This document shows, in pieces, positions 38,836 to 52,296 of a stretch of 59,004 nucleotides of DNA. Each line of letters starts with the position of its first letter. The first letter of the stretch is position 1. The DNA is from Thermoleophilia bacterium (GTDB lineage: Bacteria; Actinomycetota; Thermoleophilia; BMS3ABIN01). The DNA lies in contig JACWAM010000118.1 of NCBI GenBank assembly GCA_014874265.1, positions 1 through 59,004 on the forward strand. The letters run 5' to 3'. Under the pieces are notes generated by a model. The model was not told the DNA's origin and did no database searches. It worked only from the letters and a program-made list of their open reading frames with translations. A program made the translations under genes and the position numbers.

Positions 38836-40068
38836 TCATGGTGCCTGGAAGACCAGGGTGACATTATGGCCGCCAAAGCCAAAGGAGTTAGAAGCGGCGA
38901 CCCGCACTTTCTGCTCGCGCGCCCGGTTGGGCACATAGTCAAGGTCGCATTCCGGATCCGGGTTTTCCAGATTGATGGTGGGAGGAATAATATCATTCTC
39001 GATTGCCAGGATACAGGCCGCCGCCTCCAACGCACCGGAAGCTCCGAGGCAGTGGCCCATCATTGATTTGGTGGAGCTGACCGCGATCTCGCGGGCGTGT
39101 TCGCCCAGGGCGATCTTGATGCTCTTAGTCTCAATGGTGTCTCCCGGCGGGGTCGAAGTCCCGTGCGCGTTAATGTAGCCGACATCTTCCGGCCTGAGTC
39201 CTGCCTCCCTCAACGCCGCCAGAAGGGCCCGGGCCTGATTTTCGCCGCTTGGCTCGGGGTTTGTAATGTGGAAAGCGTCGCCGCTCATGCCATAACCGGA
39301 AATTTCCGCCCAGATACGGGCCCCCCGGGAAAGCGCCCGCGCCCGCTCTTCCAAAATCAGGATTGCCGACCCCTCGCCCATGACGAAGCCGTCGCGCTCA
39401 AGATCAAACGGACGGCTGGCCCGCTCCGGCTCGCCGTTGCGCATCGATAGCGCCCCCATCTGGGAAAATGCGGCGATGCTTACCGGGCTGATTGAAGCCT
39501 CGCTGCCACCGGCAAGCATGACATCGGCCGCCCCCCGCTTGATAATCTCAAAGGCGTCACCGATCGCGTTAGCCGCCGCGGAGCATGCTGTACAAGTGGT
39601 GCTTACCGGCCCCCTTGCTCCGAGGTGGATCGAGACCTGGGCGGAGGCCATGTTCGCTATCTCCATCGGGATGAAAAAAGGGCTGATCCGGTCCGGTCCC
39701 TTTTCCAGCAGGACGCCGGTTTCTTTCTCAAAGGTCTTGACGCCGCCGATGCCGCTGGCGACCAGGACACCGATATTCTCGGCGTCGGCCGCCACGTCGA
39801 GGCCGGCATGTTCCGCCGCCATTGCCGCCGCCACTACCGAGAGCTGGGCGAACCGGTCCATCCGCCGGGAGCTTTTCCGGTCGATGAAATCAGTCGGTTC
39901 AAAGCCTTTGACTTCACCGGCGATGCGCACCTTGTAGCCGCTTGTGTCAAACTGGGTGATCGGGCCGATTCCGGACCGGCCGGCGGCGAGCGCGCTCCAG
40001 TACTCCTCCACTCCTGTCCCCAAGGGGGAGATTATCCCCATGCCGGTGACTACGACGCGGCGGCTCAT
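38836..40068 (-). CDS. fabF: Beta-ketoacyl-ACP synthase II
   Basis: RRVVVTG, TACS, NAHGTST, STKS..GH, NSFGFGG.N. Confidence 0.97.
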   Translation of the reverse strand: MSRRVVVTGMGIISPLGTGVEEYWSALAAGRSGIGPITQFDTSGYKVRIAGEVKGFEPTDFIDRKSSRRMDRFAQLSVVAAAMAAEHAGLDVAADAENIGVLVASGIGGVKTFEKETGVLLEKGPDRISPFFIPMEIANMASAQVSIHLGARGPVSTTCTACSAAANAIGDAFEIIKRGAADVMLAGGSEASISPVSIAAFSQMGALSMRNGEPERASRPFDLERDGFVMGEGSAILILEERARALSRGARIWAEISGYGMSGDAFHITNPEPSGENQARALLAALREAGLRPEDVGYINAHGTSTPPGDTIETKSIKIALGEHAREIAVSSTKSMMGHCLGASGALEAAACILAIENDIIPPTINLENPDPECDLDYVPNRAREQKVRVAASNSFGFGGHNVTLVFQAP

Positions 40069-40820
40069 ATTCCTAACCCTCCGTCAACCGGAATGACGGC
40101 GCCGGTAATGTAGCCGGCCGCCGGGGACGCCAGGAATGCGATCACTCCGGCAATTTCATCTGGCGCCGCCAGCCGTCCCAGCGGCGTATTTTTACGGATC
40201 TGTTCTTTCCTCTCTTCCGGCAAAGCCGCGGTCATGTCAGTTTCCACGTATCCGGGGGCCACAGCATTTACCCTGACGCCGCGCGGTCCCAGCTCGCGCG
40301 CCATCGATTTGGTGAGGCCGATAAGCCCTGCCTTGGCGGACGCATAGTTTGCCTGGCCGGCGTTGCCCCGGCGGCCGATGACACTGGACACGTTGATAAT
40401 AACGCCGAACCGCGCTTTCATCATCTGGCGGGAGACAGCCTTGCTGCACAAAAACGCTCCCCGGAGGCTGGCCGCGATGACGGCGTCGAAATCATCGGCG
40501 CTCATCCGCGCCAACAGCCCGTCCCGGGTGACGCCAGCGTTATTAACCAGGATGGAAACGGGACCAAGCTCTTCCTCAACCCGCCTGATCATCGCGCCGA
40601 CCTGGTCCGGATCGGCGACATCCGCCTGCACCGGAATCGCCCGGTTCCCATCTTGAACGAGGGTGCGGGCCATCTCTGCCGCCGCTTCGCCGCTACCAAG
40701 ATAATTAACCGCCACGGCGGCGCCGGCGCCGGCGAGAGATGCCGCCGTCGCCCGGCCGATTCCGCGCGAAGCGCCGGTCACCAGGGCCACCTGTCCATCC
40801 AGGCTGGCGCCGTTATTCAT
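40065..40820 (-). CDS. fabG: 3-oxoacyl-ACP reductase
   Basis: TGASRGIG, NNAG.TRD, YASAK. Confidence 0.95.
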   Translation of the reverse strand: MNNGASLDGQVALVTGASRGIGRATAASLAGAGAAVAVNYLGSGEAAAEMARTLVQDGNRAIPVQADVADPDQVGAMIRRVEEELGPVSILVNNAGVTRDGLLARMSADDFDAVIAASLRGAFLCSKAVSRQMMKARFGVIINVSSVIGRRGNAGQANYASAKAGLIGLTKSMARELGPRGVRVNAVAPGYVETDMTAALPEERKEQIRKNTPLGRLAAPDEIAGVIAFLASPAAGYITGAVIPVDGGLGI

Positions 40821-41754
40821 TTTTTAACTTCCCTTCCGACAATATCTCCATTGCTTTATCCAGGCTCTTCGGGTCGGAAGCATTGACCGCGGTCACGCTC
40901 TTGTCTATCCTGTGGATGAGCCCGCACAGCACCTTTCCGTTTCCCACTTCGAGAAACCTGTCAAAGCCGTCGGCAACCAGCGCTTGTACTGCCTGGCGCC
41001 AGCGAACCGGCGACACGATCTGCCCCGCGAGCAATCCGGCCATTCCTTTCACCGGCTCGTTCCGGCAGCTTATGGATGAGAAAAAGCCCGGCGCGGCCGC
41101 ACTGAAATTAACCGCCGCCAGGCGCTGCTCCATTTCTTCTGCTGCGGACTGCATCAGCGGCGTATGAAACGCGCCGCTGACCGGCAGCTTCACGACTTTG
41201 CGGGCGCCGGCATCCCTGGCCTTATCCATAGCCTGCCGCACCGCCTCGGCCTCGCCGCTGATTACCAGCTGTCCGGGGCAGTTATAGTTTACGGGCCAGA
41301 CCGCGCCCGATCCGCCGCAAATCCTTTCCACTTCTTCATCCGCAAGACCCAGGACGGCGGCCATGGATCCGGGCCGCCTGGCGGCCGCGGCGGCCATGGC
41401 GCTGCCCCGGCGCGATACCAGCTCCAGGCCTTCTTCAAAACTTATGACCCCGGCCGCGGCCAGAGCGCTGTATTCACCCAGGCTGTGGCCCAGGACAGCC
41501 TCTCCGGAAACTCCCCGCTCCGCGAGCACCGCCGCCACGGCGGCGCTGTTAACATATAGCACCACCTGAGCGAATTCAGTCTGGCTGAGCCGCTCTCCGG
41601 GTCCGCGGAAGGAAAGGTCCGCAACATCCCAGCCGACGACGCCAGCAGCGCGCCGGTAGAGGCTGGCGGCAGCCGCAAACGCAGCCGAGAGCTCCGCGCC
41701 CATGCCAACAGTCTGGGAGCCCTGGCCAGGAAAGACCAGCGCCAGCTTACCCAT
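40813..41754 (-). CDS. fabD: Malonyl-CoA:ACP transacylase
   Basis: FPGQGSQ, GHSLGEY, VSGAFH. Confidence 0.96.
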   Translation of the reverse strand: MGKLALVFPGQGSQTVGMGAELSAAFAAAASLYRRAAGVVGWDVADLSFRGPGERLSQTEFAQVVLYVNSAAVAAVLAERGVSGEAVLGHSLGEYSALAAAGVISFEEGLELVSRRGSAMAAAAARRPGSMAAVLGLADEEVERICGGSGAVWPVNYNCPGQLVISGEAEAVRQAMDKARDAGARKVVKLPVSGAFHTPLMQSAAEEMEQRLAAVNFSAAAPGFFSSISCRNEPVKGMAGLLAGQIVSPVRWRQAVQALVADGFDRFLEVGNGKVLCGLIHRIDKSVTAVNASDPKSLDKAMEILSEGKLKNE

Positions 41755-41763
41755 TGGCGGCTT

Positions 41764-42726
41764 TCACCGGCTTAACACCATTCGCGACGGCAGGCCCCTG
41801 GCCACAGCTTCGGCTTCGGCGATGATCTCGGCAATAATTTCCGCCGCCGGCTGCGCTTTTTCCACGAGGGCCACACACTGTCCCGCCATCATGGATCCGT
41901 CTCTGACGTTGCCCTCACACATTGCCTCGCGCAGCTTTCCGAGGCCGAGGTTCTCCACATCCATGGCGGTGCACTTGCCCGCCATGTATTTCTTTTCCCA
42001 CTCGCTGTAAGAGTTTGCCAGCTTGTTCTTGATCGTTCGGACCGGGTAACCGATGCTCCGAGCCGTTACTACCGTGGCCCGGTCCCCGGCTCTGAGAAAC
42101 TTTTCCTTGACGGCGGCGTGAACGGTGCATTCTTCCGCGACAACAAAGCGCGTCCCGAGCTGAACGCCTTCGGCGCCTAAAGCGAAGACGGCCGCGATGG
42201 CGCCGCCGCTGGCGATTCCACCCGCCGCAATCACAGGAATATCCACCATCCGGGAAATCAAAGGCGTCAGCACCATCGTCGTCGTCTCTCCGATATGGCC
42301 GCCGGATTCGGTCCCTTCCGCGATCACGGCGTCCGCCCCGTGCTGTTCGGCTCGGCGGGCAATCGCCGCGGCCGCCACAACGGGCAACACCTTGATCCCC
42401 CGCGACTTGAGCTCGCGGATGACGGCTGTGCTTTGCACCGCCCCCAGGGTAACAACCGGCGGCGCTTCGGCCATGACGACCTCCAGCTGCCGCTCGAACT
42501 CCGGGTTAATCATGATCAGATTGACCCCGAAGGGGCGGCTCGTCAGATCACGCGTCTTGCGGATCTCTTCCTTGAGCAGTGCGGCCGGCATGGCGCCGGC
42601 GCCGATGATGCCGAGACCGCCGCCGTTGGAAACTGCCGAAGCCAGGCTGGCGTCACTGACCCAGGTCATGCCTCCCTGAAGGATGGGATGATCGATATCC
42701 AGGATGTCACAGACTCTGTTTGGCAT
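41764..42726 (-). CDS. fabK: Enoyl-ACP reductase FabK (nitronate monooxygenase family)
   Basis: QGGM.W, EG.ESGGHIG, AAGGI, MAGQ; sits inside the fab cluster. Confidence 0.88.
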   Translation of the reverse strand: MPNRVCDILDIDHPILQGGMTWVSDASLASAVSNGGGLGIIGAGAMPAALLKEEIRKTRDLTSRPFGVNLIMINPEFERQLEVVMAEAPPVVTLGAVQSTAVIRELKSRGIKVLPVVAAAAIARRAEQHGADAVIAEGTESGGHIGETTTMVLTPLISRMVDIPVIAAGGIASGGAIAAVFALGAEGVQLGTRFVVAEECTVHAAVKEKFLRAGDRATVVTARSIGYPVRTIKNKLANSYSEWEKKYMAGKCTAMDVENLGLGKLREAMCEGNVRDGSMMAGQCVALVEKAQPAAEIIAEIIAEAEAVARGLPSRMVLSR

Positions 42727-42800
42727 AACTCAGTTCAAAGTTTAAAAACATAGTGATTATTTGTAACTTGTCAAATGATCCGCCATCTTCCATCTGCCTT

Positions 42801-43787
42801 CTACCACCGGGCCAGGCATGAGCCCCACGACAAGCCGCCGCCGAACCCAACCATCAGCACCAGATCTCCGCGCCTCAGCCGCCCCCCCGTTGCCGCCTCG
42901 TCCAGGCAAAGCGGGATCGAGGCGCAGGAAGTGTTGCCGTAGCGCTCCAGGTTGGAAAAGACCTTTTCGGGGGGAATGCCCAGCCGGCGCGCCGCCGAGT
43001 CAATGATCCTGATGTTGGCCTGGTGGGGGACAAACAGATCGACATCCTCCACCCGGCGCCCGTGATCCTGCAGCACTTGCCGCGCCGAAGATACGATAAT
43101 CCGGGAAGCAAACTTGTATACTTCGCGGCCGTTCATCTGTATAAAATGCATATGCTCAGCCACCGTCGTCTCTGTGGCGGGCAGGCGCGAGCCCCCGGCA
43201 GGGATGCTTAGCTGGTCCACACCGGCAGGATCGTTTCCCAGTGAAAAGCCGATGATTCCCTCCTCTCCCTCGCCGGCAGGCTCCAGCAGAACCGCGCCGG
43301 CGCCGTCGCCAAATAACACAGCGGTGCGGCGATCAGTCCAGTCTACCATTTTGGACGCTACGTCGGCACCTATAACCAGCACCCTTCCTGCCTGCTCCGA
43401 TGCAATATAAGCGGCGCCAACCGATAGCGCATAAATGAAACCGGTACAAGCGGCGGACAGGTCGAAGACGGGCGCCCGGCCCGCTCCGATGGCTGCCGAA
43501 ATATAGGATGCCGTAGGTGGAAACAGCGCGTCCGGCGACAGGCTAGCGACAATGATCAGATCCACCTCGCCAGCCCCAACACCGGCGGCATCGAGCGCCC
43601 GGCGGGCGGCTGCGGCGCCGAGGTCAGAGGCGGCTTCTTTGCCGGCAATATGCCGCTCACGGATGCCCGTGCGGGTAGCGATCCATTCGTCGGAGGTGTC
43701 CAGCGTCATGGAGAGCTCATCATTCGTGACGATTCTTTCAGGCACGAAGGTGCCCACAGCTGTGATTTTGGCTCGGCGAAGACTCAT
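42801..43787 (-). CDS. fabH: Beta-ketoacyl-ACP synthase III
   Basis: AACTGF, HQAN.RI, GNTS.AS, GFGGG. Confidence 0.96.
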   Translation of the reverse strand: MSLRRAKITAVGTFVPERIVTNDELSMTLDTSDEWIATRTGIRERHIAGKEAASDLGAAAARRALDAAGVGAGEVDLIIVASLSPDALFPPTASYISAAIGAGRAPVFDLSAACTGFIYALSVGAAYIASEQAGRVLVIGADVASKMVDWTDRRTAVLFGDGAGAVLLEPAGEGEEGIIGFSLGNDPAGVDQLSIPAGGSRLPATETTVAEHMHFIQMNGREVYKFASRIIVSSARQVLQDHGRRVEDVDLFVPHQANIRIIDSAARRLGIPPEKVFSNLERYGNTSCASIPLCLDEAATGGRLRRGDLVLMVGFGGGLSWGSCLARW

Positions 43788-43811
43788 GGTCGTGAATTTA
43801 TCGGGTTGCGC

Positions 43812-44249
43812 TCAGGCTTTCCTGCCGGTTACGGCGAAGGTCAGTTCGGCGCGGCAGGCAAGCTCGTCGTCTACAAACGCACTGGCTTCGGCGCGGCCCA
43901 CAGGCCCGCGAATTCTGGTCATCTCCACTTCGAGCCGCAGGGTATCTCCGGGAATGACCTGGCGCTTGAAACGGGCCCCGTCGATGCCGGCGAACAGGAC
44001 CAGCTTGCCCCGATTCTCCGGCAGGGAAAGTGCGGCGACCGCTCCCGCCTGCGCCAGCGCTTCCACGATCAGGACGCCCGGCATGATCGGCTGGCCGGGA
44101 AAGTGTCCCTGGAAATGCGGCTCATCGGCGCGCACGTTCTTGACCGCGATTACGCTCTTTCCCGGCTCGAGATGCGTTACCTCGTCCAGCAACAGAAACG
44201 GCTCGCGGTGCGGAATTATCTGCTTGATTTGTTCTTGTGAAAGCTTCAT
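43812..44249 (-). CDS. fabZ: 3-hydroxyacyl-ACP dehydratase
   Basis: PHR.PFLL.D, GHFP..PIMPGV.IVEALAQ. Confidence 0.96.
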   Translation of the reverse strand: MKLSQEQIKQIIPHREPFLLLDEVTHLEPGKSVIAVKNVRADEPHFQGHFPGQPIMPGVLIVEALAQAGAVAALSLPENRGKLVLFAGIDGARFKRQVIPGDTLRLEVEMTRIRGPVGRAEASAFVDDELACRAELTFAVTGRKA

Positions 44250-44517
44250 AAACCGGATCTTGGATATTGGGATTCGGATCAGAAATTTACTGCGCTTCTT
44301 AAGTCCAAAATCCGAGATCCAGGGTTTCAGGGTCCGGGTTTTGGAGCTTACAAGAAGATTATCACAAAGGCAACACGTGTGGGTTCGCGCTATTTTACGG
44401 AGTCTGAGCAGCGAGACGGCGCTCCGTGGGACTACCGACCGCTAGGCGCACGGGCTAGGAAAAACCAAGCGTGACAACGTGCCGCGGGCGTTGAAGACCG
44501 CTTGCCCCCGGGCAGGG

Positions 44518-46986
44518 CTATTCGGCTTCTATTTCTTCTTCCTGCGTGCCGGTCTGGCTCGCGACGACGCGGGCCACGGCGCTGACATGGTCTCCCTCGC
44601 GCAGATTCATCACGCGAACTCCCTGTGTGGCGCGGCCCATGACGGAAACGTCTTTTACCGGGATGCGGATGACTGTGCCAAAACTGGAGATGAGCACCAG
44701 TTCGTGGTTGTCGCGCACGGCCCGGGCGGCGATCAGTGAACCCTTGCCCTCGGCGGGCTTAATCGTCTTGACGCCGATGCCGCCCCGGTTGTGCCGCGGG
44801 TACTCGCTGATATGCGTGCGCTTGCCGTAGCCGCCGTCAGTGACTACGAACAGGTCGGCATCATCCTGGGCCACAATCATGGAAAGGAGGCGGTCGTCCT
44901 TTCGCAGCTTCATGCCCTTGACGCCACTGGTGGCCCGGCCAGTCGGCCGTACCTGGCTCTCATTGAAGCGGATCGCCTGTCCTCCCTCGCTCACAAGCAG
45001 GATATCATCGCTGCCTTTGGACAGCCGCACCCCGATTAACTGGTCGCCCTCCCGGATGTTGATGGCGATGATGCCATCAGCCTTGAGCACAGTGTTGTAT
45101 TCCTTAAACGCGGTTTTTTTGATCATGCCGCTGCGGGTCGCCATCAGCAGGTACTCAGCGTCAGTGTAATCTCGGGTAGCGATAACGGCCCTGATTCTCT
45201 CGTCGCTTCTGAGGGGCAGCAGGTTGACCACGGCGCGGCCCTTGGAGGCGCGGCTACCGAGGGGAATCTCGTGCACCTTGAGGCGGTAAACCTTGCCAAC
45301 ACTGGTAAAGAAAAGCAGGTAGTGATGGGTAGTAGTGATAAACAGGTGCTCTAGGAAGTCTTCTTCCTTGACATCCATGCCCATGACGCCGACGCCGCCG
45401 CGGCGCTGCTTGCGATAGGTGTTCAAAGGCAGCCGCTTGATGTAGCCGGCATGCGTAATCGAGATTACCATCTCTTCCTCGGCGATCAGGTCTTCGATCT
45501 CGAAGCCGCTCTCGTCGGGAGCAATCTGCGTCCGGCGCTCATCGCCATACATCCGTTTCAGCTCAAGCAACTCTTCCTTGATCAGTTTGTAAACCTCTGC
45601 CTCGTCGGCCAGGATTCCCTTCAGCCAGGCGATTCGCTCCACAAGGTCTTTATGCTCGGATTTGATCTTGTCCCGCTCCAGGCCCGTCAACCGCTGGAGG
45701 CGCAAATCGAGGATGGCCTGAGCCTGGACCTCGGTGAGCTTGAACTTCTTTATCAGGCCCGAGCGCGCCGTCTCCGCGTCGCGGGCGGCACGGATCAGTT
45801 TAACAACCGCATCGAGATTTGACAGGGCGGTAAGCAGCCCCTCCAGAATATGCGCTCGTTTTTGCGCCTTTTCCAGCTCAAAACGCGTTCGCCTGACGAC
45901 GACTTCGCGCTGATGCGCGATATACGCTCTCAACATCTCGCGCAGCGACATGTAACGCGGCACGCCGCCCAACAGCGCCAGGTTGATGATGCCGAAAGTG
46001 CTTTGCATCGCCGTGTGCTTGTAAAGCTTGTTTAGAACAACCTTGGAGATCGCCTCACGCTTTAGCTCTACCACAACCCGCATACCGCTCCTGTCAGACT
46101 CATCGCGCAGATCAGAGATTTCGGTGATCTTCCTCTCCCGCACCAATTCAGCGATCTTCTCAATCAGCGAGGCCTTGTTGACCTGGTAGGGCAACTCGGT
46201 GACAATGATGGCGTTGCGATTCCCCTTGATCGGCTCCGTGTGGGCCTTGGCCCGCACCTTGACCAGGCCGCGACCGCTGGTGTAGGCGTCACGGATGCCC
46301 CGGCTGCCGAGGATGATGCCGCCGGTGGGAAAGTCAGGTCCAGGAACGTGCTGCATCAGCTCGCCTACGGAAACGCCGGGATTGTCGATCATCATCACCG
46401 CGGCGTCGATCACCTCGCCAAGATTGTGCGGCGGAATATTTGTGGCCATGCCCACGGCGATGCCGCTGGAGCCGTTCACCAGCAAATTGGGAAAGCGGGA
46501 CGGGAGGACCGTCGGCTCCGAGGTGCTCTCATCGAAATTAGGCACGAAGTCAACTGTGTCCTCATCAATGTCCCGCAGCATCTCCATCGCCAGCTTCGAC
46601 AGGCGGGCCTCGGTGTAACGGTAGGCGGCGGGACTGTCGCCATCGACGCTGCCGAAATTGCCCTGTCCGTCGATGAGGGGGTAGCGCATGGAAAAATCCT
46701 GCACCAGGCGCACCATGGTGTCGTAGACGGCCGCGTCGCCGTGCGGATGGTACTTGCCGATGACATCGCCGACGATGCGGGCGCTTTTCTTGTATGGCTT
46801 GTTGTAGGCCAGCCCCAGCTGCTGCATGGCGTAAAGCACGCGCCGGTGCACCGGCTTGAGGCCATCGCGAACGTCTGGCAGCGCCCGGCCTACGATTACA
46901 CTCATGGCATAATCGAGGTACGAAGACCTCATCTCTTCTTCGAGCTCTCTGGGCTCTATTCTTCCGTCAAGATTGGAAACAGCCAT
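44518..46986 (-). CDS. gyrA: DNA gyrase subunit A
   Basis: [13 protein letters not shown], GyrA-box QRRGGVG. Confidence 0.98.
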   Translation of the reverse strand: MAVSNLDGRIEPRELEEEMRSSYLDYAMSVIVGRALPDVRDGLKPVHRRVLYAMQQLGLAYNKPYKKSARIVGDVIGKYHPHGDAAVYDTMVRLVQDFSMRYPLIDGQGNFGSVDGDSPAAYRYTEARLSKLAMEMLRDIDEDTVDFVPNFDESTSEPTVLPSRFPNLLVNGSSGIAVGMATNIPPHNLGEVIDAAVMMIDNPGVSVGELMQHVPGPDFPTGGIILGSRGIRDAYTSGRGLVKVRAKAHTEPIKGNRNAIIVTELPYQVNKASLIEKIAELVRERKITEISDLRDESDRSGMRVVVELKREAISKVVLNKLYKHTAMQSTFGIINLALLGGVPRYMSLREMLRAYIAHQREVVVRRTRFELEKAQKRAHILEGLLTALSNLDAVVKLIRAARDAETARSGLIKKFKLTEVQAQAILDLRLQRLTGLERDKIKSEHKDLVERIAWLKGILADEAEVYKLIKEELLELKRMYGDERRTQIAPDESGFEIEDLIAEEEMVISITHAGYIKRLPLNTYRKQRRGGVGVMGMDVKEEDFLEHLFITTTHHYLLFFTSVGKVYRLKVHEIPLGSRASKGRAVVNLLPLRSDERIRAVIATRDYTDAEYLLMATRSGMIKKTAFKEYNTVLKADGIIAINIREGDQLIGVRLSKGSDDILLVSEGGQAIRFNESQVRPTGRATSGVKGMKLRKDDRLLSMIVAQDDADLFVVTDGGYGKRTHISEYPRHNRGGIGVKTIKPAEGKGSLIAARAVRDNHELVLISSFGTVIRIPVKDVSVMGRATQGVRVMNLREGDHVSAVARVVASQTGTQEEEIEAE

Positions 46987-46995
46987 AAAATCTCA

Positions 46996-47016
46996 GTTCA
47001 AAGTTCAAAGTTCAAA
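46996..47016. repeat. Heptamer tandem repeat (GTTCAAA)x3
   Basis: Read directly from the sequence. Related 7-mer arrays occur in several other intergenic spacers. Confidence 0.7.
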
Positions 47017-47149
47017 AATGGGCTACAACTTATTCGATTGTGACAAGCCTGTCTGCGGAAAGCATTATTTTTTTCTTCTGGTTCACACGATCGGTTCGGT
47101 ATCCGGATTCCGGGTTTTCAACTTGTAACCTTGAACCCGGAACCTGGCG

Positions 47150-49582
<2,433 letters not shown>

Positions 49583-49760
49583 TCAGCAAGCTCATTCAAA
49601 CTGCGGGGACCCCGAAAGACCGGGAAGCACTGGAAACAACCGCGATTCAGATAGAGTCTAACTTCCGGCCTCCCCCGGGGCTGAAATCTGCGGAAAAATC
49701 ACTTTTTTATTATACCATATTCTTGTATTTGCTCCCAGCGACGGTCAGTAAACTTTCCCG

Positions 49761-50072
49761 CTATTTGCGTGATTTCCAGGAGGTGGCCGCCTGATGAACA
49801 AAGCGTATTTCCGTGATTTTCTCCGGTGGCTCCAGCCTGTTTAACCGCCGGGCGATGGCCGTGGCGGACAGTTTCAGCTCGCACGCCCATCCCCCGGAAG
49901 AACAACCAACGATCATGATGCCCTGCCGCATGTAGATTATGGATGTATTAGCGGCTATATCAGCTCCAACAACCTGCTGCCAGAGGCCTTGCAGGCCCAG
50001 CCCCGGGCTCCTCTTCCAGAGTCGTCGCCGCTCGCCGCTGACAATTGCCCCAATTTGTTTAAATTCAGACAC
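49761..50072 (-). CDS. DUF721/DciA family protein
   Basis: W..VVG..IA..T...W..EL motif; located between recF and gyrB. Confidence 0.8.
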   Translation of the reverse strand: MSEFKQIGAIVSGERRRLWKRSPGLGLQGLWQQVVGADIAANTSIIYMRQGIMIVGCSSGGWACELKLSATAIARRLNRLEPPEKITEIRFVHQAATSWKSRK

Positions 50073-51171
50073 CTGCCACTCCAGCGCCGATTGACCCGGC
50101 CTCAAGCTCCAGGACGAGGGCGCCGCTAAGCTCCTCGCGGGAAAACAATGATGAGTCAGTGGCGGTTATGATCGCCTGACCTTCGCCACCGATAGCGGCC
50201 ATCAACAGCCGGCGCCGCTCCGGATCCAGCTCGCTCATGACATCGTCAAGCAGCAGCAACGGCAGCGTCAGCCCCTGGTCACGGGCCAGATTCCGGGAAG
50301 CGAGCAGCAGCGCCAGCACCGCTCCGCGCTGCTCTCCCTGCGAGCCGTACTCGCGCAGGGGTTTACCTCCCAGTAAAAACTTCAGGTCGTCGCGGTGGCT
50401 GCCAAAGCTCGACGAGAGGCGCTCCATGTCTGCCGCCCAGGCGTCCGTGATCAACCTTACCGCCTCAGCTTCCGGATCGGGAGCCGCCGCCGGCTGCTCC
50501 AGCTGAGATTGGTAGATCATCTCAAGACCCTCCTTACCGCCGGCTATCTCCTTCCAGGCCAGATCCAGATAATCCGATAGAAGTGAGCAGTACTCCCGCC
50601 GGAAGCGGTAAATTTCCAGAGCGGCCGCCGCCGTCTGCCTGTCCCAGGGAGAAATGGCAGCGATGGGTACGAACCCGGCGCGGGCCCGCCCCAGAAAACT
50701 GTTGCGCTGCGCCAGGATTTTCCGGTAACTGGCCGTGATTTCCCGGTATCGCGGGCGGTTTCTGGAAATACTCTCATCCAAGAAGCGGCGCCGGAGCGCC
50801 GGGGGTCCTTTGATCAGCTGCAGGTCGTCGGGCGAGAAACACAGCACAGCACCATGGTTCAGCCATTCGGGGCCACCGCCGGGATCGATTCTTGCCGCCG
50901 ATCCCCTCGGCAGGCTGACGGAGCGGCTGAATGGAGCGCCTCCGTAGCTGCCTTCTGCCTTCAACCTCATAAAGTCTGCGTCCGCAGCCACCATCTCCCC
51001 GAGCTGCTTCGTCCGGAATGACCTGCCGCAAACCGCGTACTGCGCCGCCTCCAGCAGATTCGTTTTACCGGCTCCATTGGCGCCGGTAATTATGGTGATA
51101 TTTTCACCAAATTCCAGCGAGGCGGCAACATGATTTCTGAAATTGGTCAGCTTTAGATAGTTAAGCAGCAC
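50065..51171 (-). CDS. recF: DNA replication/repair protein RecF
   Basis: G.NG.GKTN.LEA, SQGEQR, LLDDV.SELD. Confidence 0.96.
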   Translation of the reverse strand: MLLNYLKLTNFRNHVAASLEFGENITIITGANGAGKTNLLEAAQYAVCGRSFRTKQLGEMVAADADFMRLKAEGSYGGAPFSRSVSLPRGSAARIDPGGGPEWLNHGAVLCFSPDDLQLIKGPPALRRRFLDESISRNRPRYREITASYRKILAQRNSFLGRARAGFVPIAAISPWDRQTAAAALEIYRFRREYCSLLSDYLDLAWKEIAGGKEGLEMIYQSQLEQPAAAPDPEAEAVRLITDAWAADMERLSSSFGSHRDDLKFLLGGKPLREYGSQGEQRGAVLALLLASRNLARDQGLTLPLLLLDDVMSELDPERRRLLMAAIGGEGQAIITATDSSLFSREELSGALVLELEAGSIGAGVAGV

Positions 51172-51186
51172 CCTGATTCAAACCGA

Positions 51187-52296
51187 TCAGCTCGTTAAAC
51201 GCACCGGCATCACCAGGTAAAGAAAATCATCTCCGGAACCCTTGATCAGCCCCGGCCGCAGAGGACTGATAATCCGGATAAAGATATGCTCTTCATCAAC
51301 ACTCTCAATTCCTTCTCGCAAGTATTCTGCGTTAAAACCAATCTCCGTTTCCTCTCCGTCAAATGCGATCGCCAGCGTCTCTTGCGCCTCTCCCACCTGG
51401 GGAGTCTGCGCCGAGACATTTAGCTCTCCGGGTGAAAATTTAAGACGGAGAGGTACATTTTTCTGAGCCATAAGCCCGACTCTGCCAACAACCTCAAGTA
51501 ACTCCTCCTTTTCAAATTCCACTTCATGCTTTAACTCGTCCGGCAACAGTTGCTGGTAATTGGGAAACTGTCCCTCAATCAGCCTCGAAGTCAAAAGGGT
51601 ATCCCCCGCGGCAAACAGAATCTGCCCGTCGGCAGCACCAACGCTAATTTTTTCCGCACCCGATATGGTTCCCAGGCGGGCCAGCTCTTCCATGGAGGAC
51701 TTGGGCACGATGACTTCTTTTTTCTGCGTCAGCGTGCTGTCTACCTTTGTTTCCCTGACGCTGAGGCGGTAGCTGTCAGTAGCCACCATCTTGACACTGT
51801 CACTGCCAAACTTGACAAGTATTCCTGTCAGCACCGGTCTGGTCTCATCACGGGAGGCTGCCCTGGCAACCGTATTGATGGTCGCCAGCAAAGGCTCTGC
51901 CTTAACCTGAAATACGTCATCTTCCGGCATGTCTACCAACCGCGGAAAGTCAGACGCCGGCAGGCAGTTGAGCTTGAAGCTGACTTGCGCGGAAGTGATC
52001 AGAGCCTGCTGCTCTTTTTCGTCAACTTCCACTCTGATGTCTCCTACCGGCATGCTTCTGATCACATCTGTGAGCAGACGTCCCGGAAGAACCGCCGACC
52101 CCGGCCCTTCCACTGTTGCCGGCAGCTTCAACCTCAGAGACAGCTCCATATTCGTGCTTGCCAGCTCCACCGGTTCGTCTCCGGCCGCAGTGAACTTGAT
52201 TCCCGAAAGAACCGGTAGCGTGCTCTTGGTGGCTACTGTCTTGAGAACTATTTGCAGCTTCTCCAGCAGTATGTCTTTCGGACATATCAGTTGCAT
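51187..52296 (-). CDS. dnaN: DNA polymerase III beta clamp
   Basis: ATDSYRL, G.FPNY, MPVR. Confidence 0.97.
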   Translation of the reverse strand: MQLICPKDILLEKLQIVLKTVATKSTLPVLSGIKFTAAGDEPVELASTNMELSLRLKLPATVEGPGSAVLPGRLLTDVIRSMPVGDIRVEVDEKEQQALITSAQVSFKLNCLPASDFPRLVDMPEDDVFQVKAEPLLATINTVARAASRDETRPVLTGILVKFGSDSVKMVATDSYRLSVRETKVDSTLTQKKEVIVPKSSMEELARLGTISGAEKISVGAADGQILFAAGDTLLTSRLIEGQFPNYQQLLPDELKHEVEFEKEELLEVVGRVGLMAQKNVPLRLKFSPGELNVSAQTPQVGEAQETLAIAFDGEETEIGFNAEYLREGIESVDEEHIFIRIISPLRPGLIKGSGDDFLYLVMPVRLTS

